A stretch of 64,000 bases of DNA from the human T2T-CHM13v2.0 reference genome, Homo sapiens: NCBI RefSeq assembly GCF_009914755.1, contig NC_060944.1, one strand, 5' to 3'. How positions within the stretch are numbered: position 1 is the first letter of the stretch; each line of letters begins with the position of its first letter. This document shows, one piece after another, positions 33,712-57,596 of the stretch. The notes beneath the pieces are model-generated. The model saw nothing but the letters and a program-made list of their open reading frames with translations, made no database searches and was not told where the DNA came from. The position numbers were made by a program, and so were the translations under genes.

Positions 33712-33720
33712 ATGCCACAG
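33712..33720 (+). CDS. CRLS1: CRLS1 alternative first exon, coding end ATG CCA CAG (MPQ), giving a 202-aa isoform
   Basis: agtATGCCACAG|gttatc, phase 0 into exon 2; matches my recollection of a short isoform starting MPQYENPW. Confidence 0.65.
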
Positions 33721-34433
33721 GTTATCTGGTTGAGTAATCTGAGATTAGCTCTCCTAACATTAACTTTGAAACTTTTACGGATTTAATGATTACAAATTAA
33801 TGAGACACCTTAACTGAAATATTCTATGTGGAGCTAAAAAGAACTCCCTTCACTGTTCCAGCAACATTGAGTTCTGTTTGTTAATTCGCCAAATGAAATG
33901 ATGTTTCTGTTTACAACTTTGTCTTTAATTTTGCCCTGTGGATAATTTCTGAAGTTAATTTGGGGACCTTTTTTCTGATCTTTTGCTTACTGCTTTTTTG
34001 CAACCGTGTGCAGCCTTCTCCCCTCCCACTCTTCCCTTTGAGTTGCTGTAACCTTTGATCAGTATTTGACTTATTCTCTACCATAGTATGGTCAACAGAC
34101 TTATCTTTTTTCTTTGGACTCTGAAACACTCTGATATTTGAACTTGAATTTGGGATGTATTCCAAGAATGTTTTCATTGTATAATGTGGATTACTTTCAG
34201 TAAAAGATCTCAGAGTAGAGGTTTGTATTGCTTCTTGTTTTGTGATTGCTCTTCGGATAATTTGAAGTTTTTCTATAGCTTTCAATGACAGTATTCTGCC
34301 ACCTGACCCCAGCAATAACTATTTAATTATCCCTCCAAGCTGAGGTGCTTTCTTGCTGGGTTTCTTTTATAAACACAGACATAGTGTCTTTAGAGAATAC
34401 TTTTTTTTTTTTTTTTTTACAGGATAGTTCATA

Positions 34434-34485
34434 GAATTTTAAAAGAATCTTCAGAAATGGAATTTTAAAAGAATCTTCAGAAATG
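34434..34485 (+). repeat. Perfect 26-bp tandem duplication gaattttaaaagaatcttcagaaatg x2
   Basis: Direct reading. Confidence 0.95.
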
Positions 34486-35352
34486 GCCTTTGCCACCTTT
34501 TTTACAACCAAAATTAAGATTCAGGCAAGTTGGCTAGTACTGATTAAGAAAGAGGTTAAAAGGGGTTCTAGAGAAGAGAAAGTCCCATGGAGTGGAATTG
34601 GCAGTCTTGACACAGCGGAGAAAAAAAATCTAGGCTTCAGGGAAAGGCGTTTTCTTGTTGTTATTTCTGTACCCTGTTGTGCAAGGTGTCTTAGCTCCGC
34701 TGGGCCGAGGCTTTTCAAAGCTGAAATATCCTCTCATGAGTCAGATTCTGTTTGGCAAGAAGGGGATGTTCTTCAGACAGCTGCCAAAGAGCTCTTTTGT
34801 TAGTGCCAACTTCAAACAGCTTGGCTCCAAATGAGTTGTCTAGGAATTGCAAAGCCCCCAGATGGGAGCTGTGAAAGTCCTTGGTTTTTAGTTGAGGATC
34901 TTAACATTTCCATGACTGTTTTGAACAAATTTACACAATTTCTCGATTTCCAAATATCACAATCCCTATTCCTATCTCCATTTTCTTCTAGCAGTTCTCT
35001 GACTTAGTGATGAGGTTATAGAATTAAATCTGTTTTTGTTCTCTTCATTCAAACCTCCATACACTCTATATAGCATTTAGCATTCTTTAGATATGTGTAA
35101 GGGAGTGAGGGAGATTCTTTGCAGTATTTAAAGCTGAATGCCTGGAGTTGATAATTTGGCCTTTTTTCCTGACACTTTTACTTGTAAGTAGACACTGTTT
35201 GTCTATTTACAAGATCTTCCTGAAGTTTCACCTTTAAAAGCAGAGTGTTGAAAGTTCTGAGTTCTTACAATGAAGTTATATATTAAAGGCTTAGCTTATA
35301 TGGCAGATAATACATGTGTTCTGTCTTCCCTCTCTTAAGAAAACCTATAATA

Positions 35353-35875
<523 letters not shown>

Positions 35876-36084
35876 CATCTTCTGTATTCTTGAAAGAAGA
35901 TTTTAGGGAGATATCTGTAAAAAGAACAGAATGGATTTTAAAATTCAATTTAATGTACTAAATTTAAAGTTTATGTAGCTTCTGACTGAAGTTGATGAAG
36001 TATATTTTTCTAATGTATGTATATAGTTATTCAAAGTATGAATTCATAGTATTTTACTTAAATTTTGTTGTCTTTGTGTTTCAG

Positions 36085-36222
36085 TATGAAAACCCATGGA
36101 CAATCCCGAATATGTTGTCAATGACGAGAATTGGCTTGGCCCCAGTTCTGGGCTATTTGATTATTGAAGAAGATTTTAATATTGCACTAGGAGTTTTTGC
36201 TTTAGCTGGACTAACAGATTTG
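36085..36222 (+). CDS. CRLS1: CRLS1 exon 2: [20 protein letters not shown]...AGLTDL
   Basis: tttcag|TAT and TTG|gtaagt junctions; TIPN motif of CDP-alcohol phosphotransferases; 138 nt. Confidence 0.98.
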
Positions 36223-37069
36223 GTAAGTTGTAAATGCACTCCCAGTTTGCTCTCCTTCCAAATCCTGGTCTGTACTACTAAACCGAAATAGCATAGCCTT
36301 AGCCTGCTTTTCCTTGGGAGGAAAACCTCAAGATGAATTTGACGTGGTACTTTTTGTGAGGACTTTGTCTTTAGCATCTATATGGGATTTTTTTTTTTTT
36401 TTTTTCATATGATTTCAAGGAGGAAGCGAAAGTTGTAGGGAAGTAAAGGAGGGGATACTTTGTACTCTTGGTTTTTAAGAGTGAAAGAAACACCCTTAGA
36501 AATTTCCAAAGAGCTGAGTGCTTGCTTTAGGGATAGAAATAAAGGAGAGGAGATCTGAGATGACTTTTCTATGTATTGTGGTAAAGAGGAATACTCAGAT
36601 CTGCAAAAAAAAGTTGGTTTTCCTAGTGGAGAGGGAAACTGGACCAGTTGTTATGACCCAGGGAACTGGGATATGACCAGAAGCATGTAGAAGTCATAGC
36701 TTTGCTCAGGTTTCATGCTAGCAGAAGGCTGTAGGTACCCCCACAGATTTATTTTCTGATCTCTGCTCTACACCCCTCTGACTGCCCTGCAGAATACTCT
36801 GCTCTGGGCTGACAATTGGACGTCCTTCCTTCATTCTCCTCCCTCAGCAGATGGACAAAGAAGAGGAGCTCTCCTTGATACTACATTGTTAGTTTTGATA
36901 GAGGAGAGGAGGATTTATTCAGATGATCTCAAATTAGAACTGGAAAATAATTTTATAACAGAAGGCTACATTAAATAGGCTTTTGTGGACTGGCTAGCCA
37001 TCATCATGTATGACATTATTTGTATTACCAACTTTATTTCAAAAAAGTTTCGAAATGCATTATAAAACT

Positions 37070-38196
<1,127 letters not shown>

Positions 38197-38499
38197 TGTC
38201 CCTTCTTTTATCCCAAAGCCTGCATTCATTGTTAATATTATCTCCAAGTCTGTCAAAGGCCATTATACTGATAACAGTTTTTTTTTAACATAACAGACAA
38301 GATCTTTTTCAGTTACTGTAGTCTCCTTTTTTGTCTGCTACGTTTTTTTTTTTCTTGTAAGCTGCCACATGAGATTGCAGTATTCATTGAATGTTAGAGA
38401 GGCCCCATTAACATTTTACTAAATATATAAGATGATGTTTGTGGAAACCTAAGTTAACTGGTGCCACATTTCACATTTGTTCCATGGAGATTTTAGTGC

Positions 38500-40300
38500 C
38501 TTTCAATTGGCCACTGGGAGGTGGTCGGACTCATCAGTTTAAGCCAGGGAACGACAAAGTCTGATTGCGTTGTGTGTGGAAAATGGATTATAGACAGCTA
38601 AGAGTGGAAGCTGAGTAAGTGGTTAGGGGGCTGACCATGATCCAGCAAGAGTGGAAGCAGAGTAACTGGTTAGGGGCTGGCCGTGTTCCATGGCAGCCGT
38701 GGTGGGAGCTTAGACTGGGGTTGGAGTTTGGAGTTGGAGAGAAGTGTGTGGGTTTGAGATATATTTTAAAGACAGAAGTAATATGTGGATGGATTAGATA
38801 TGGAGTGAGAGTGGGAGGAGTCAAATATGAATACTAGGGACTTACTTTAAAAAAAAAATTCTCTTCTAAAACCAGGTTCATGGAAATGACATTTTCTGTG
38901 ATGGGCAACACTTGAGTAGGGCAGAGTTTAAGGGAGAATACTAAGAATTCTGTTGCCTATCCACATAGAAGTATCAGTTGGGCAGTTTAGTAGTTTGGAG
39001 TTGGAGGAAGTCATCGTTACAGAGAGAGAAATTTGGGAGCTGTCAGATATAGATGGTTGGATCTGGGTAAAATCATCCAGGCTGAGGTAACAGGAATGAA
39101 GGGTCAGAGAAATGAGCAACAAGTAAAGCACCAGAAAAGAAGCCAGTCAGGAACCCTGGGAAGGAATAGCTGGCGAGGAAGAAAATTAGGCAGTGAGATT
39201 TCCCAGAAAGTGGAGAAAGTGCTTCAGTTGTGTCGAGGTCAGGTACTCTAAAAATGCGGAGTTCCTTGGTGACCTTTATGAGCCTCACCTCTGGAGGGGT
39301 GGGGACGATTGGAGTGGGTCGATGAACACATGTGAGATGGTAATGACATTGGACGTTCCTTTGAAGCAGTTTTGCTTTGTAGGGGGATAGAGAAATAGGA
39401 TCACAGAAGGGTCTTTTAAAAAGATATATACTGGGGAATTATATCTATGTGTATATAGATAGATAGATATAAAATCCTATATATAAAAATATATGCTGGA
39501 GTATATGTATATACTGGGGAATTTTTGTTTGGCCTTTTTTTTTTTTTTTTTGAGATAAATCTCGTGTTGCCCAGGTTGGCCTTGAACTCCTGGCTTCAAA
39601 CGATCCTCCCACCTCAGCCTTCCAAGTAGCTGGGACTATAGGTGTGCCACTGTGCCCAGTGAATTTTTGTTGTTAGTTAACTGATTAATTAAATGATCAG
39701 GTAGAAAGATTAAATGAAAGGGAGAGATGGATGATGCAAGGGGAGATGGGGAAGAAGGGAGGCAGGTCACAGAAGGTGAGAGGGCATGGGAACGGATGAA
39801 GGAAGGCAGAGAGAATGAATGGATGCAGGTAGGTGGGGGATTTGATGATGGGAATATGAGGATGGGCTGACTACGGTTTTCTTTTTCCTTAAGGAAAATA
39901 CAGACATGACCATGAGCGAGAGGGATGGAGTTAGGTCTGAGGTGAGAGCAGAGACAGTGTGGAAGAGACAGTGTGAAAAGAGAGGGTAAATATGGTAAAC
40001 AAGTGTGGGATTGCTAGGCAGTATTGGGTGCCCATGGGAGATTTGTGGTCATCAGTTTGAAGTGAGACCAGTCTTCCCATTTGTGTGTTTTCCTTAAGCA
40101 CTATTCAGCTCTTAGGTGCAGGCCCAGAGTACATGGAGAGTTGCTTTTAAGCAGTGTTGAAGGAGAGTGGAGTGAAGGGGAGTTACAGATGTTTATAAAG
40201 GAATGATGTTGATGACCTTGGAATCTAGTGTGGATTAGAGGAATAGTGAAGATGAGAGGGTGATGATGGCGAAAAAGTGAAAGGTTAAGTTCCCTGAGGT
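38500..40300 (-). mobile_element. Degenerate L2 fragments (with a FLAM at ~39535-39660)
   Basis: Purine-rich antisense L2 motifs (gagatatattttaaagacagaa, ggattagatatggagtgaga). Confidence 0.65.
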
Positions 40301-41672
40301 CAGAAACTGAACTAAACCTGATCTTCCAAGGTCCCAGCTCCCCAGGCTAGGTACTTTTCTGTTCGTATGCTTAAGAAGGAAATAGATTTTTTCAGTTGCA
40401 ATAGCAATAGCTAGTAACTGCTTTTTTTGAGGATTTACTAAGTGCTGAGTGCTGAACAAGTATTAATCACATTGTGTGCTGAAGACAACCACCCCTTTGA
40501 GGTAGGTAATTTATCTCTGTTTTACAGATGAGGAAACTAAGGCTTAGTCAGGCCAAATAACTTATCCAAGATCACACAGCTACTAAGTGGCAGAGCCAGG
40601 ACTTGAACAGCTTCTGTTCTGCTACAAAGACCACATTTTTTTTTACCACGGTCCTGGACTACCGCTGTCTCCTCTAACTCATTGGAATACTTGAGATATG
40701 GACAACTTACTTGTTCTTTAAAATGAACCATGATTAATTGCGTCTAAATTAATCTTTTTTCCCCTTAGAAATAGTATTAGAGAACTCAAACATTTGTTGA
40801 AACTTGAAGTTAAATGAGTAAAAGCCAGGAAGGGACTTGGATAAACCAGAAAATATCTGCCTTGTTTAATGTGAATAGACAGTACTTGATTTCAGTCCAT
40901 TTTGTGGCCCCAGAGTGGCCAGACCGCTCCCTTCTCAAGTTAGGATGGAGACCTGGGTTTTTATGGGAAGAATTGAATACTTACATGTTGATAACTAATT
41001 ACAGTTTTTAAAAGCTCTGATAGGTCAAACAGAACCAGCTTACAGGCTCCATTTGGCCCACTAGCAACTAGATGTGACTTATGCTTTAAATGGTTTATTT
41101 TTAATCACAATAATATAAAAATAAATAATTTAAGTATCAGAATTTTAACTAGGCCAGGTAGAGAGGATTGAGTTTTCTATTCAAATGTAGGTAATGCAGA
41201 TACAGTCAGAGTATGGAATAAACAGTGGTATTGAGCAAAATGAGTTGAAAAACAGAAAAATGGTAAGTTTTAACAGAGTTGGATTATATTATCCTAGTCC
41301 AGGCTCTGCCGTTCATGCTTTCTTTGAGTTTTCTTTGGGTTCTTTATAGCTGTAAATACATCACTAACCGTATCTCTAAATGTGTATTTGGGTTCATCCC
41401 ACAAAGGGGCCTTGTGAAAATACCGAGAAATAACCAGAAGGACTTGAGGGGGAAAGAAAATAAATGTGCATTTATTTTAAGACCAGTTGCTAATTTAAAA
41501 GCGAAATGTATACCAGCAAAAGAATGAGAATGTTTGGGGGTAAGAAACAGAAGACATTTTGTTAACATTTTATGAGAGTATAATTGTTATTCTGGTATAT
41601 CTTAAGCTTCAGAATATCTGCTTTGTTCCTGTTATGACATTTATATATATAAAAAAAAACTTCTATTTTCAG

Positions 41673-41802
41673 TTGGATGGATTTATTGCTCGAAACTGGG
41701 CCAATCAAAGATCAGCTTTGGGAAGTGCTCTTGATCCACTTGCTGATAAAATACTTATCAGTATCTTATATGTTAGCTTGACCTATGCAGATCTTATTCC
41801 AG
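41673..41802 (+). CDS. CRLS1: CRLS1 exon 3, catalytic motif DGFIAR...GSALDPLAD
   Basis: tttcag|TTG and G|gtaaga junctions; completes the DxxDGxxAR...GxxxDxxxD signature; 130 nt. Confidence 0.98.
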
Positions 41803-43599
41803 GTAAGAACGCGTCATGCGTACTTTTGAATAGCACAGGGAAGAATGACATTAGTCAGCTTAGGATTTCTCTTGAGAGACAAATAATTTTTGTTCCAAAA
41901 ATATAGTTTTCAACTTTAAACTGTTTCCCTAATTTTAAACTGTTGAACTGTTTTGTCAAACTACTTGTGGATTTTAGAATTTATGTCCTTGTTTTACTAG
42001 TAAAATCAGTTGCTTTCCTAGTAAGATTGTTTAAAATTAAAATTGAATAAATATTTCACAGTGCCAATTCATATTACTCTGAAATTTTTTGGTGATACAT
42101 TATGTATTTTTAGTGCCTAGCTTTTCAAAAGCAATTTAGTTTTCCTACGTTTATTATCTTTATTAATATCGTTTAATCATAAGTGAGAACTCTGAAATTC
42201 TGAAGATGTCTATAAAATTTCACATTATGTAGACCCTATTATGCAATTTTTAAATCATATATATAGTTTGTACATTATATGAATACTTTTTCTGATAAGA
42301 TTTCATGATTTTTTTGCTTTGTATTTTGCATGTGCTTTTCTGATTGTTCATTTTCTTCTTCAGTCGTATTTCTCAGTTTTTCTCCCTCAGACCAAGTTAA
42401 ACTGTTTTTTTCCCAAGAGCTAGGAATCATATCTGATCACACTGGGACTTCCCTTCACTGTCAGTCTAAGAGTTTGCATTTTTGAGGTTTAGGAAAAGGG
42501 AAAAAAAAGGAAGAAAGAAAGAAATTGTATCTGAGAACAAAGAAGCTGCCACATGGTCCCTCGGTATCATGTTATTATTGACACTTGGTAGAAAGAAGTA
42601 TAGTGGCATTTCAGTCTAGTCTCCCCCAACTGGAAATTATTTTTCTTTCTGATTTTTAGTCTTTTAAGTTCTCGTACCAAAATAAAAAATAAATTGGACT
42701 AATGTTTACTTTTATGTGCTTCTTTGAAAGTTAGAATTGAGGTGTGTATGTGATTGGGGAATGGGGGTGTGTGTGTGTGTGTGTGTGAGTTTTCTTGCCT
42801 AGGCTGGTCTCGAACTTCTGGGATCAAGTGATCCTCCCACCTCGGCCTCCCAAAGTGATGGGACTATTGGCTTGAATCACCTTGCTTGGCCCCTGCCATT
42901 TTTTCAAAGTTACATTGTATTTTGATGTAGTATTTTACAAAGGTTGGCCAGTCATTTTGCTATTGAACATAGAAATTGTTTCCAGGTTTTTTGGAATTAT
43001 GGGTAATGTTGCTGTGAGTTTTACTTATATGATTGGTGTAGGTTGCTTTCCAAGCTGAGACTTCCCTTCACTGGCAATCTTAGAGTTTCCATTTTCTTTC
43101 TTCTGTGTTGAGTCTGTTTTTCCAGGCTCCCATGTCTTCCTTTGCTTTAAGTTACTCCTTTTCTCCAGTTGTTTTCTGTAGAAGGATGGAGTGTGGCAGC
43201 CAGATTTTTAGAGGTCTTAGACATCTCAGTGTCTCTATTTTGTCTTCCATACATGATTGACAGTTGAAGTAGGCATCACTTTTTTTTATCTTTTATCTTT
43301 TTTTCTTTTCTTTTTCTTTTTGAGACAGGGTCTCACTCTGTGACCCAGGCTGGAGTGCAGTGGTGCAATCTCAGCTCATTGCAGCCTTAACCTCCCAGCT
43401 CAAGCAGTCCTCTGACCTCAGCCTCCCAAGAACCTACCACCATGTGCATCACCACGCCTGGCTAATATTTGTACTTTTTGTAGATATAGGGTTTTACCAC
43501 GTTGCCCAGGCTGGAGGCATAATTTTTAAACTGCAGATGATTTTAATTCAGAATTGTGAAGACCCTCTTCCATAGACTTGGAGATTCCAACTTGCTACG

Positions 43600-49700
<6,101 letters not shown>

Positions 49701-50117
49701 AATGCTAACAGTCTGGGACCACATAGACCACCAGGTGATGAGACAATCCTGGGAGTCCTGTTTTACTTTGGCCCATCTTTTCTCCCAACCCTGTGGGAAT
49801 AGTCATTCATATCCTAGCTGCAGGCTAGAAGGTGGTTTATCAGAGCCCAACTTCGAGGGCTCTGGGCTTTAGCTACTGTCACCCCATCATAACTGAGCTT
49901 CATGGATTGATTCTCTTTTTATCTTTCAGATTTTCTTTTAAAAATCTTTGTTTTTTTTTTTCTTCCGAAAGATTCCCCCAACATTACCATTCCCCACCTT
50001 CCGTTGAATTTTTTTGGCTCTCATTTTGAATTTTTCAAGAGCTCATGTTCTTTGTCTTCATTAAAAAAAAAAAGTTCTTATATCGTGTATGAATGTCATT
50101 CGGGATATCTATACATA

Positions 50118-52621
50118 CATGCACATACCTCATTTTTATTGCATTTCACTTTATTGCACTTTGCAAAGTGACATTTTTTACAGATTCAAGGTTTGGCAAC
50201 CCTATGTCCACAAGTCTGTCAGCACCATTTTTCTAACATATGTGCTCATTTTGCCTCTCTGTCACATTTTTTTTTTTTTCCTGAGACAGGGTCTTGCTCT
50301 GTCACCCAGGCTGGAATGCAGTGGTGTAATTATGCCTCACTGCGGCCTTGACCTCTTGGGCTCAAGGGATCCTCTTGCCTGCGCTTCTTGAGTAGCTGAG
50401 ACTACAGAGGTACACCACCACACACCCAGCTAAGTTTTAAATTTTTTTATAGAGATGGGGTTTCCCTATGTTGCCCAAGCTGCTCTCGAACTCCTGGGCT
50501 TAAGTGATCCTCCCACCTCAGCCTTTCAAAGTGCTGGGATTACAGGCATGAGCCACAGCACCTGGTCTCTGTGTCACGTTATAATAATTCTGCCAATATT
50601 CCAGATTTCGTCATTATTAAATCTGTTATGGTGATCTGTGATCAGCGAACTCTGATGTTACTGTCTAATTGCTTTGGGATGCAGTGAACCCGTCAGAGTC
50701 ATCCATGAGGGTTGGAATCAACTTCTTCCAAAATCCTGTTAATCAAGAGTGAACTTAATCGATTAATGTTGTGTATGTTCTGACTGCTCCACCAATCTGT
50801 GGGTCCCCTATCACTCTCCCTCTCCTCAGGCCTCCCTATTCCCTGAGACACAATAATATTGAAATTAGACCAATTAATAACCCTGCAATGTGAAAGGAAG
50901 AAGTTACATGTCTCTCACTTTAAATCAAAAGCTAGAAATTATTAAGCTTAGTGAGGAGGGCATTTCGAAAGCTGAGAGAGGCTGAAAGCTAGGCCGGTTG
51001 TGCCAAATAGCTAGCCAAGTTGTGAATGCATAGGAAAAGTTCTTGAAGGAAATTAAAATTGTTACTCCAGTGAACACACAAATGTTAAGTAAGCAAAACA
51101 GCCTTATTGCTTATGGAAAGAAAGTCTGAATGGTCTGAATAGAAGATCACGTCAGCCAAAACATGTCCTTAAGCCAAAGCCTAATCTATAATAGATCAAG
51201 GCCCTAAGTCTCTTCCATTCCTTGAAGGCACAGAGAGGTGAAGAAGTTGCAGAAGAAAAGTTGGAAGCTAGCCAACCTTGGTTTGTGCAGTTTAAGGAAA
51301 AAAGCCATCTCCATAACATGGAAGTGCAAGATGAAGCAGCAGGCACTAGTGGGGAAGCTGCAGCAAGTTATACAGAAAATCTAGCTAATGATGAGGGTGG
51401 CTACACTAAAAACAGATTTTCAATGGAGACAAAACACCCTTCTATTGGAAGAAGATGCCCTCTAAAGCTTTCATAGGTAGAGAGAGGTCAGTGCATGGGC
51501 TTGAAAGAACAGGCTGATTCTCTTGCTAGAGGCCAATGAAGCCAGTGAGTTTAAGTTGAAGCCAGTGCTAATTTATCATTCTGAAAATTGTAGGGCCCTT
51601 AAGCATTATGCTAAATCTACTCTGCCTGTGCTCTAGAAATGGAATAGCAAAGCACGAATGACAGCACATCTGTTTACAACATGATGTGCTGAATATTTTA
51701 AGCCTACAATTGAGACCTACTGCTCAGAAAAAAAAGATTCCTTTAAAAATGTTACTGCTCATTGACAACACACCTGGTCACCCAAGAGCTCTGATGGAGA
51801 TATACAAGAAAATTAATGTTGTTTTCATACCTACTAACACATCCATTCTTCAGTCCTTGTCATTTTGACTTTCAAGTCTTACTATTTAAGAAATACATTC
51901 CCCAAGGCTATAGGTGACGTAGATAGTGTGATTCCTCTGATGGATCTGGGCAAAGTAAATTGAAAACCTTCTAGAAAGGATTCACCATTCTAGATGCCAT
52001 TAAGAATATTGGTGATTCATGGGAGAAAGTCAAAATATCACCATTAACTGGATTTTTGGAAGAAGTTGATTCCAACCCACATGGATGATTTGAGGGGTTC
52101 AAGACTAGTGGAGGAAGTCACTGCAGATGTGGTAGAAATAGTAAGATAGCTAGAATTAGAAGTGGAGCCTGAGGATGTGAGTGAATTGCTGCAATCTCTT
52201 GATAAAAATTACCTGAGTTGCTTTTTAAAGAGGTTTCTAGAGATGAAATATACTCCTGGTGAAGATGTCGTGAACACTATTAAAATGACAACAGAGGATT
52301 TAAAATATAACACAGACTTAGTGGATAAGGCCGCTGCAGGGCTTGAAAGAATTAACTTCAATTTTGAAGGAAGTTCTTCTGTGGGTAAAATGCTATCAAA
52401 TAGCATTGCATGGTACAGCGAAATCTTTTATGAAAGGCAGAGTCAATTTATGTGGCAAACTTGATTGTTGTCTTATTTTAAGAAATTGCCACAGCCACCC
52501 CAGCCTTCAGCAACCACCACACTGATCAGTCAGCAGCTGTCAACATTGAGGTAAGATCCTCTACTAGCAAAAAGATTATGACTCATTAAAGGCTCAGATG
52601 ATTGTTAGCATGTGGTGTGAG

Positions 52622-52666
<45 letters not shown>

Positions 52667-52825
52667 TTAGACAGTGCTACTACCGTACACAAAATGGATT
52701 ATAGTGTAGACATAACTTTCATATGCACTGGGAAACTGAAAAATTCGTGCAACTCACTTTACTGCAGTATTAGCTTTGTTGCGGTGGTCTGGAACAGAGC
52801 CTTCAATGTCTCTGAGGCATGCTTG
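50118..52825 (+). mobile_element. Near full-length Tigger1 (TcMar-Tigger/pogo) with a decayed transposase; contains an Alu (50266-50566, -) and (TG)n(TA)n near 52610-52668
   Basis: TIR-like catacctc / gaggcatgcttg+TA; transposase remnants KLEASQPWF..FK and [11 protein letters not shown] broken by stops and frameshifts. Confidence 0.93.
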
Positions 52826-53209
52826 TATTTATTTATTTATTTAAAAACCTCTATATTGGTTGTGTTTCCTTCAGATTCTATTTTTTGTTTGTTTCGGCCT
52901 CTCTTTTGTGATGGAGACTTTATTGAAATGTATGGTGATCCTTGGCTGCTAACTTATATTTGAATGAGGCATGAAAAGTTCATTGGGAGCTCCGTAGGCA
53001 CTGGGTGCAGGGCCTGAATTCTCAGTATCTTTAAGTCTATTCTGTAGATCCTAGCTCTCCATCTGCTGCTTGGGAAGTATAAATGCCTTCCCACCAGGGT
53101 TTTGGGAGCTAAGCTGTGGGAGGAGGCTGGGATCTCAGTGTTCGGTATGTAGACCTTCGCTTGATCCCTATTGCACTCCAGTGCCCCTTGGTTCAGAGAG
53201 TAACATGTG

Positions 53210-54135
<926 letters not shown>

Positions 54136-54953
54136 CACAGCCCTAGCAGTAAGGTGTTAGGGAACGCTTGGGGCGGGGATCTAACTGCTCTTTATATGGA
54201 CTTCTGAGTTTCTCTTGTGGGAATTCCTTTCTAAAGGACTTAGGTTTTGGCTCTTCTCACCTTATTACTAATAAGCCTGGTTAAAACTTTGAAATCTGTC
54301 TCCTCTACTTATTCTCTTTGTGTTTTTATATCCTTTCATTTCTTTACTGTCATTTTAGGAGAATTTTGGAAAGTAGAATGATGCATATATGCAGTCTTGC
54401 ATGTTCCTACTTTTATGCTGCATTTTTTAAAAGTCACATCTACCTTCATTTTAATAGCTTTGTTTCTCTAAGAGTAAGAAATATCTTCTGCAGGATTGGA
54501 GATCAAGAAATTTTTTTGCTTTCTTCCTTCGCTAGAATAATAAATCATTCTGCTATTCTTTTTGGTCTTTTTATGGGAGGGGGAGAAGGATGAAAACAAA
54601 TTCTTTGGCTTATATGTTAATTAGAGAGTGGAAGGCAAATCCAAGTTAATTTCTACTTAGATTTATGTCCACTGAACTTAGATCTGTGTGTATTTGTTCT
54701 GCCACATTTTTGTATTATTTTATTTTTATTATTTTATTTATTTTGTATTATTATATTTTGTATTATTATATTGTTTCTGGTTTACCATCTGGTAAATTCT
54801 TATTTCTGGTTTAAGTCAATTTCTAGAATATTCTGTTAAGTTTACCGTTTTCAGTGTAAAAACCTATAGTGTTGATGTTAACCATTTTTAATATGTAAAC
54901 GATTTTATGAACTATTTCCCTTTAATGCTAATAAAACTTGTCCATGATGTCTG

Positions 54954-55086
54954 GCTTTGTGGGCTATGTGATCTCTGTTACAGCTACTCAGCTCTGCTGT
55001 TGTAGTGTGAAAGCAGCCACAGAAAATATTTAAATTAGTGAGTATGAATGTGTTCTAATAAAATTTTACTTACAGACACTGGAAAT
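54954..55086 (-). mobile_element. Internal MER58B fragment
   Basis: About 85% similar to 53262-53390 by eye. Confidence 0.8.
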
Positions 55087-55650
55087 ATCATTGCAAATAT
55101 TACCCATGTTTCAGAGTTAGCAAGTAGGGAGGAAAACCTGGAGAAATCCTTGACACATTTTACACTGTCCTGCCCATCACTTTCTTACTCTAGTAGGCAA
55201 AATGAAAACTGTTTTAACTCTAGAAGAGAAGAGGAGTCCAAGAGAGAAAGCCAGGAAATTTGGTAACATTTTTTAACCACAGTAGGAGCCCATATCCTTC
55301 AGTTGGCTGAGGCCTTTGAGACCACCTGGTACAGAAATGTTCTAGCCTTGCTGTGCATAGGAGTCACCCAGAGGAGAGCTTTCATCTAGGCTTTTACTGA
55401 GCTCTCTCAAGGTGACTTTTGGATGGGCAGTCAGTTTGGGGAACCCTTGATTTTTTTTTTTTTAATAGCTCTTTCCCCTACCAGATGGTTACAGATGGTA
55501 AACTGAGTCCAGAGATGCTAATTGTTAGGTCACACTGTTGGGTTGGAACCTAATGCGCTGACCCAAACATAGTCTGAATTTCATAGGCCTACATTCCTGG
55601 TTAAATGCAGTCTTGCATGTTCTTCCATGCATACTATACATAGATTTTAA

Positions 55651-57043
<1,393 letters not shown>

Positions 57044-57596
57044 TTCTGTTTCTCTACTAGTTGCACATAACAGCAAATTTTACTCTTCAGAGAATAGTCT
57101 AAAATGCAGAACAAGCAATCAAAGCTCCTGAGATTTCAGAAGAGTTTGAGGCCTCCCACATCCTTCTCCACCTCTTTATAATCTCTTTTCATGTAATTCT
57201 GAGTATGGTGATCTTTTTTCAAATGTGCAGAGCTTAGAAGTAGCAAAGGAGGAGATAGCGCTGAGTAGAGCTGATGCTGATAACTGCGGACTAATAGCTT
57301 AAAAACATGCAAGAAAAAAACACAAACAGATGAGAAGATCAGCATACTGAAAGGCAGATACAGACTTCAAAGCCATAGTCTGTACTTCACTTTGTTTTGA
57401 GGGCGGGTTAAAGAAGAATATAAAAATCAGTAGTTTGCTATAGGGGACCCTAAACCATCGATAGGTGTTCATTATAAAATTTCTATTTGTGAAAACAGCA
57501 GTTTGTGGTAAGGCTGAATGACATATTATTGTATTCATAATGCATATTAGTACTCTTCAGAATCCCAGTTAAAATTATTTTATGTTTGATTTTCAG

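Noticed and set aside
33911-34315. 134-aa Lys-rich minus-strand ORF in CRLS1 intron 1
   Set aside because: Starts at TTG, composition follows from the T-rich + strand, and there is no recognisable homology or splice support
51222-52464. Transposase-like ORF fragments as a possible domesticated TIGD-type gene
   Set aside because: Many stops, frameshifts and deletions: an ordinary decayed Tigger1
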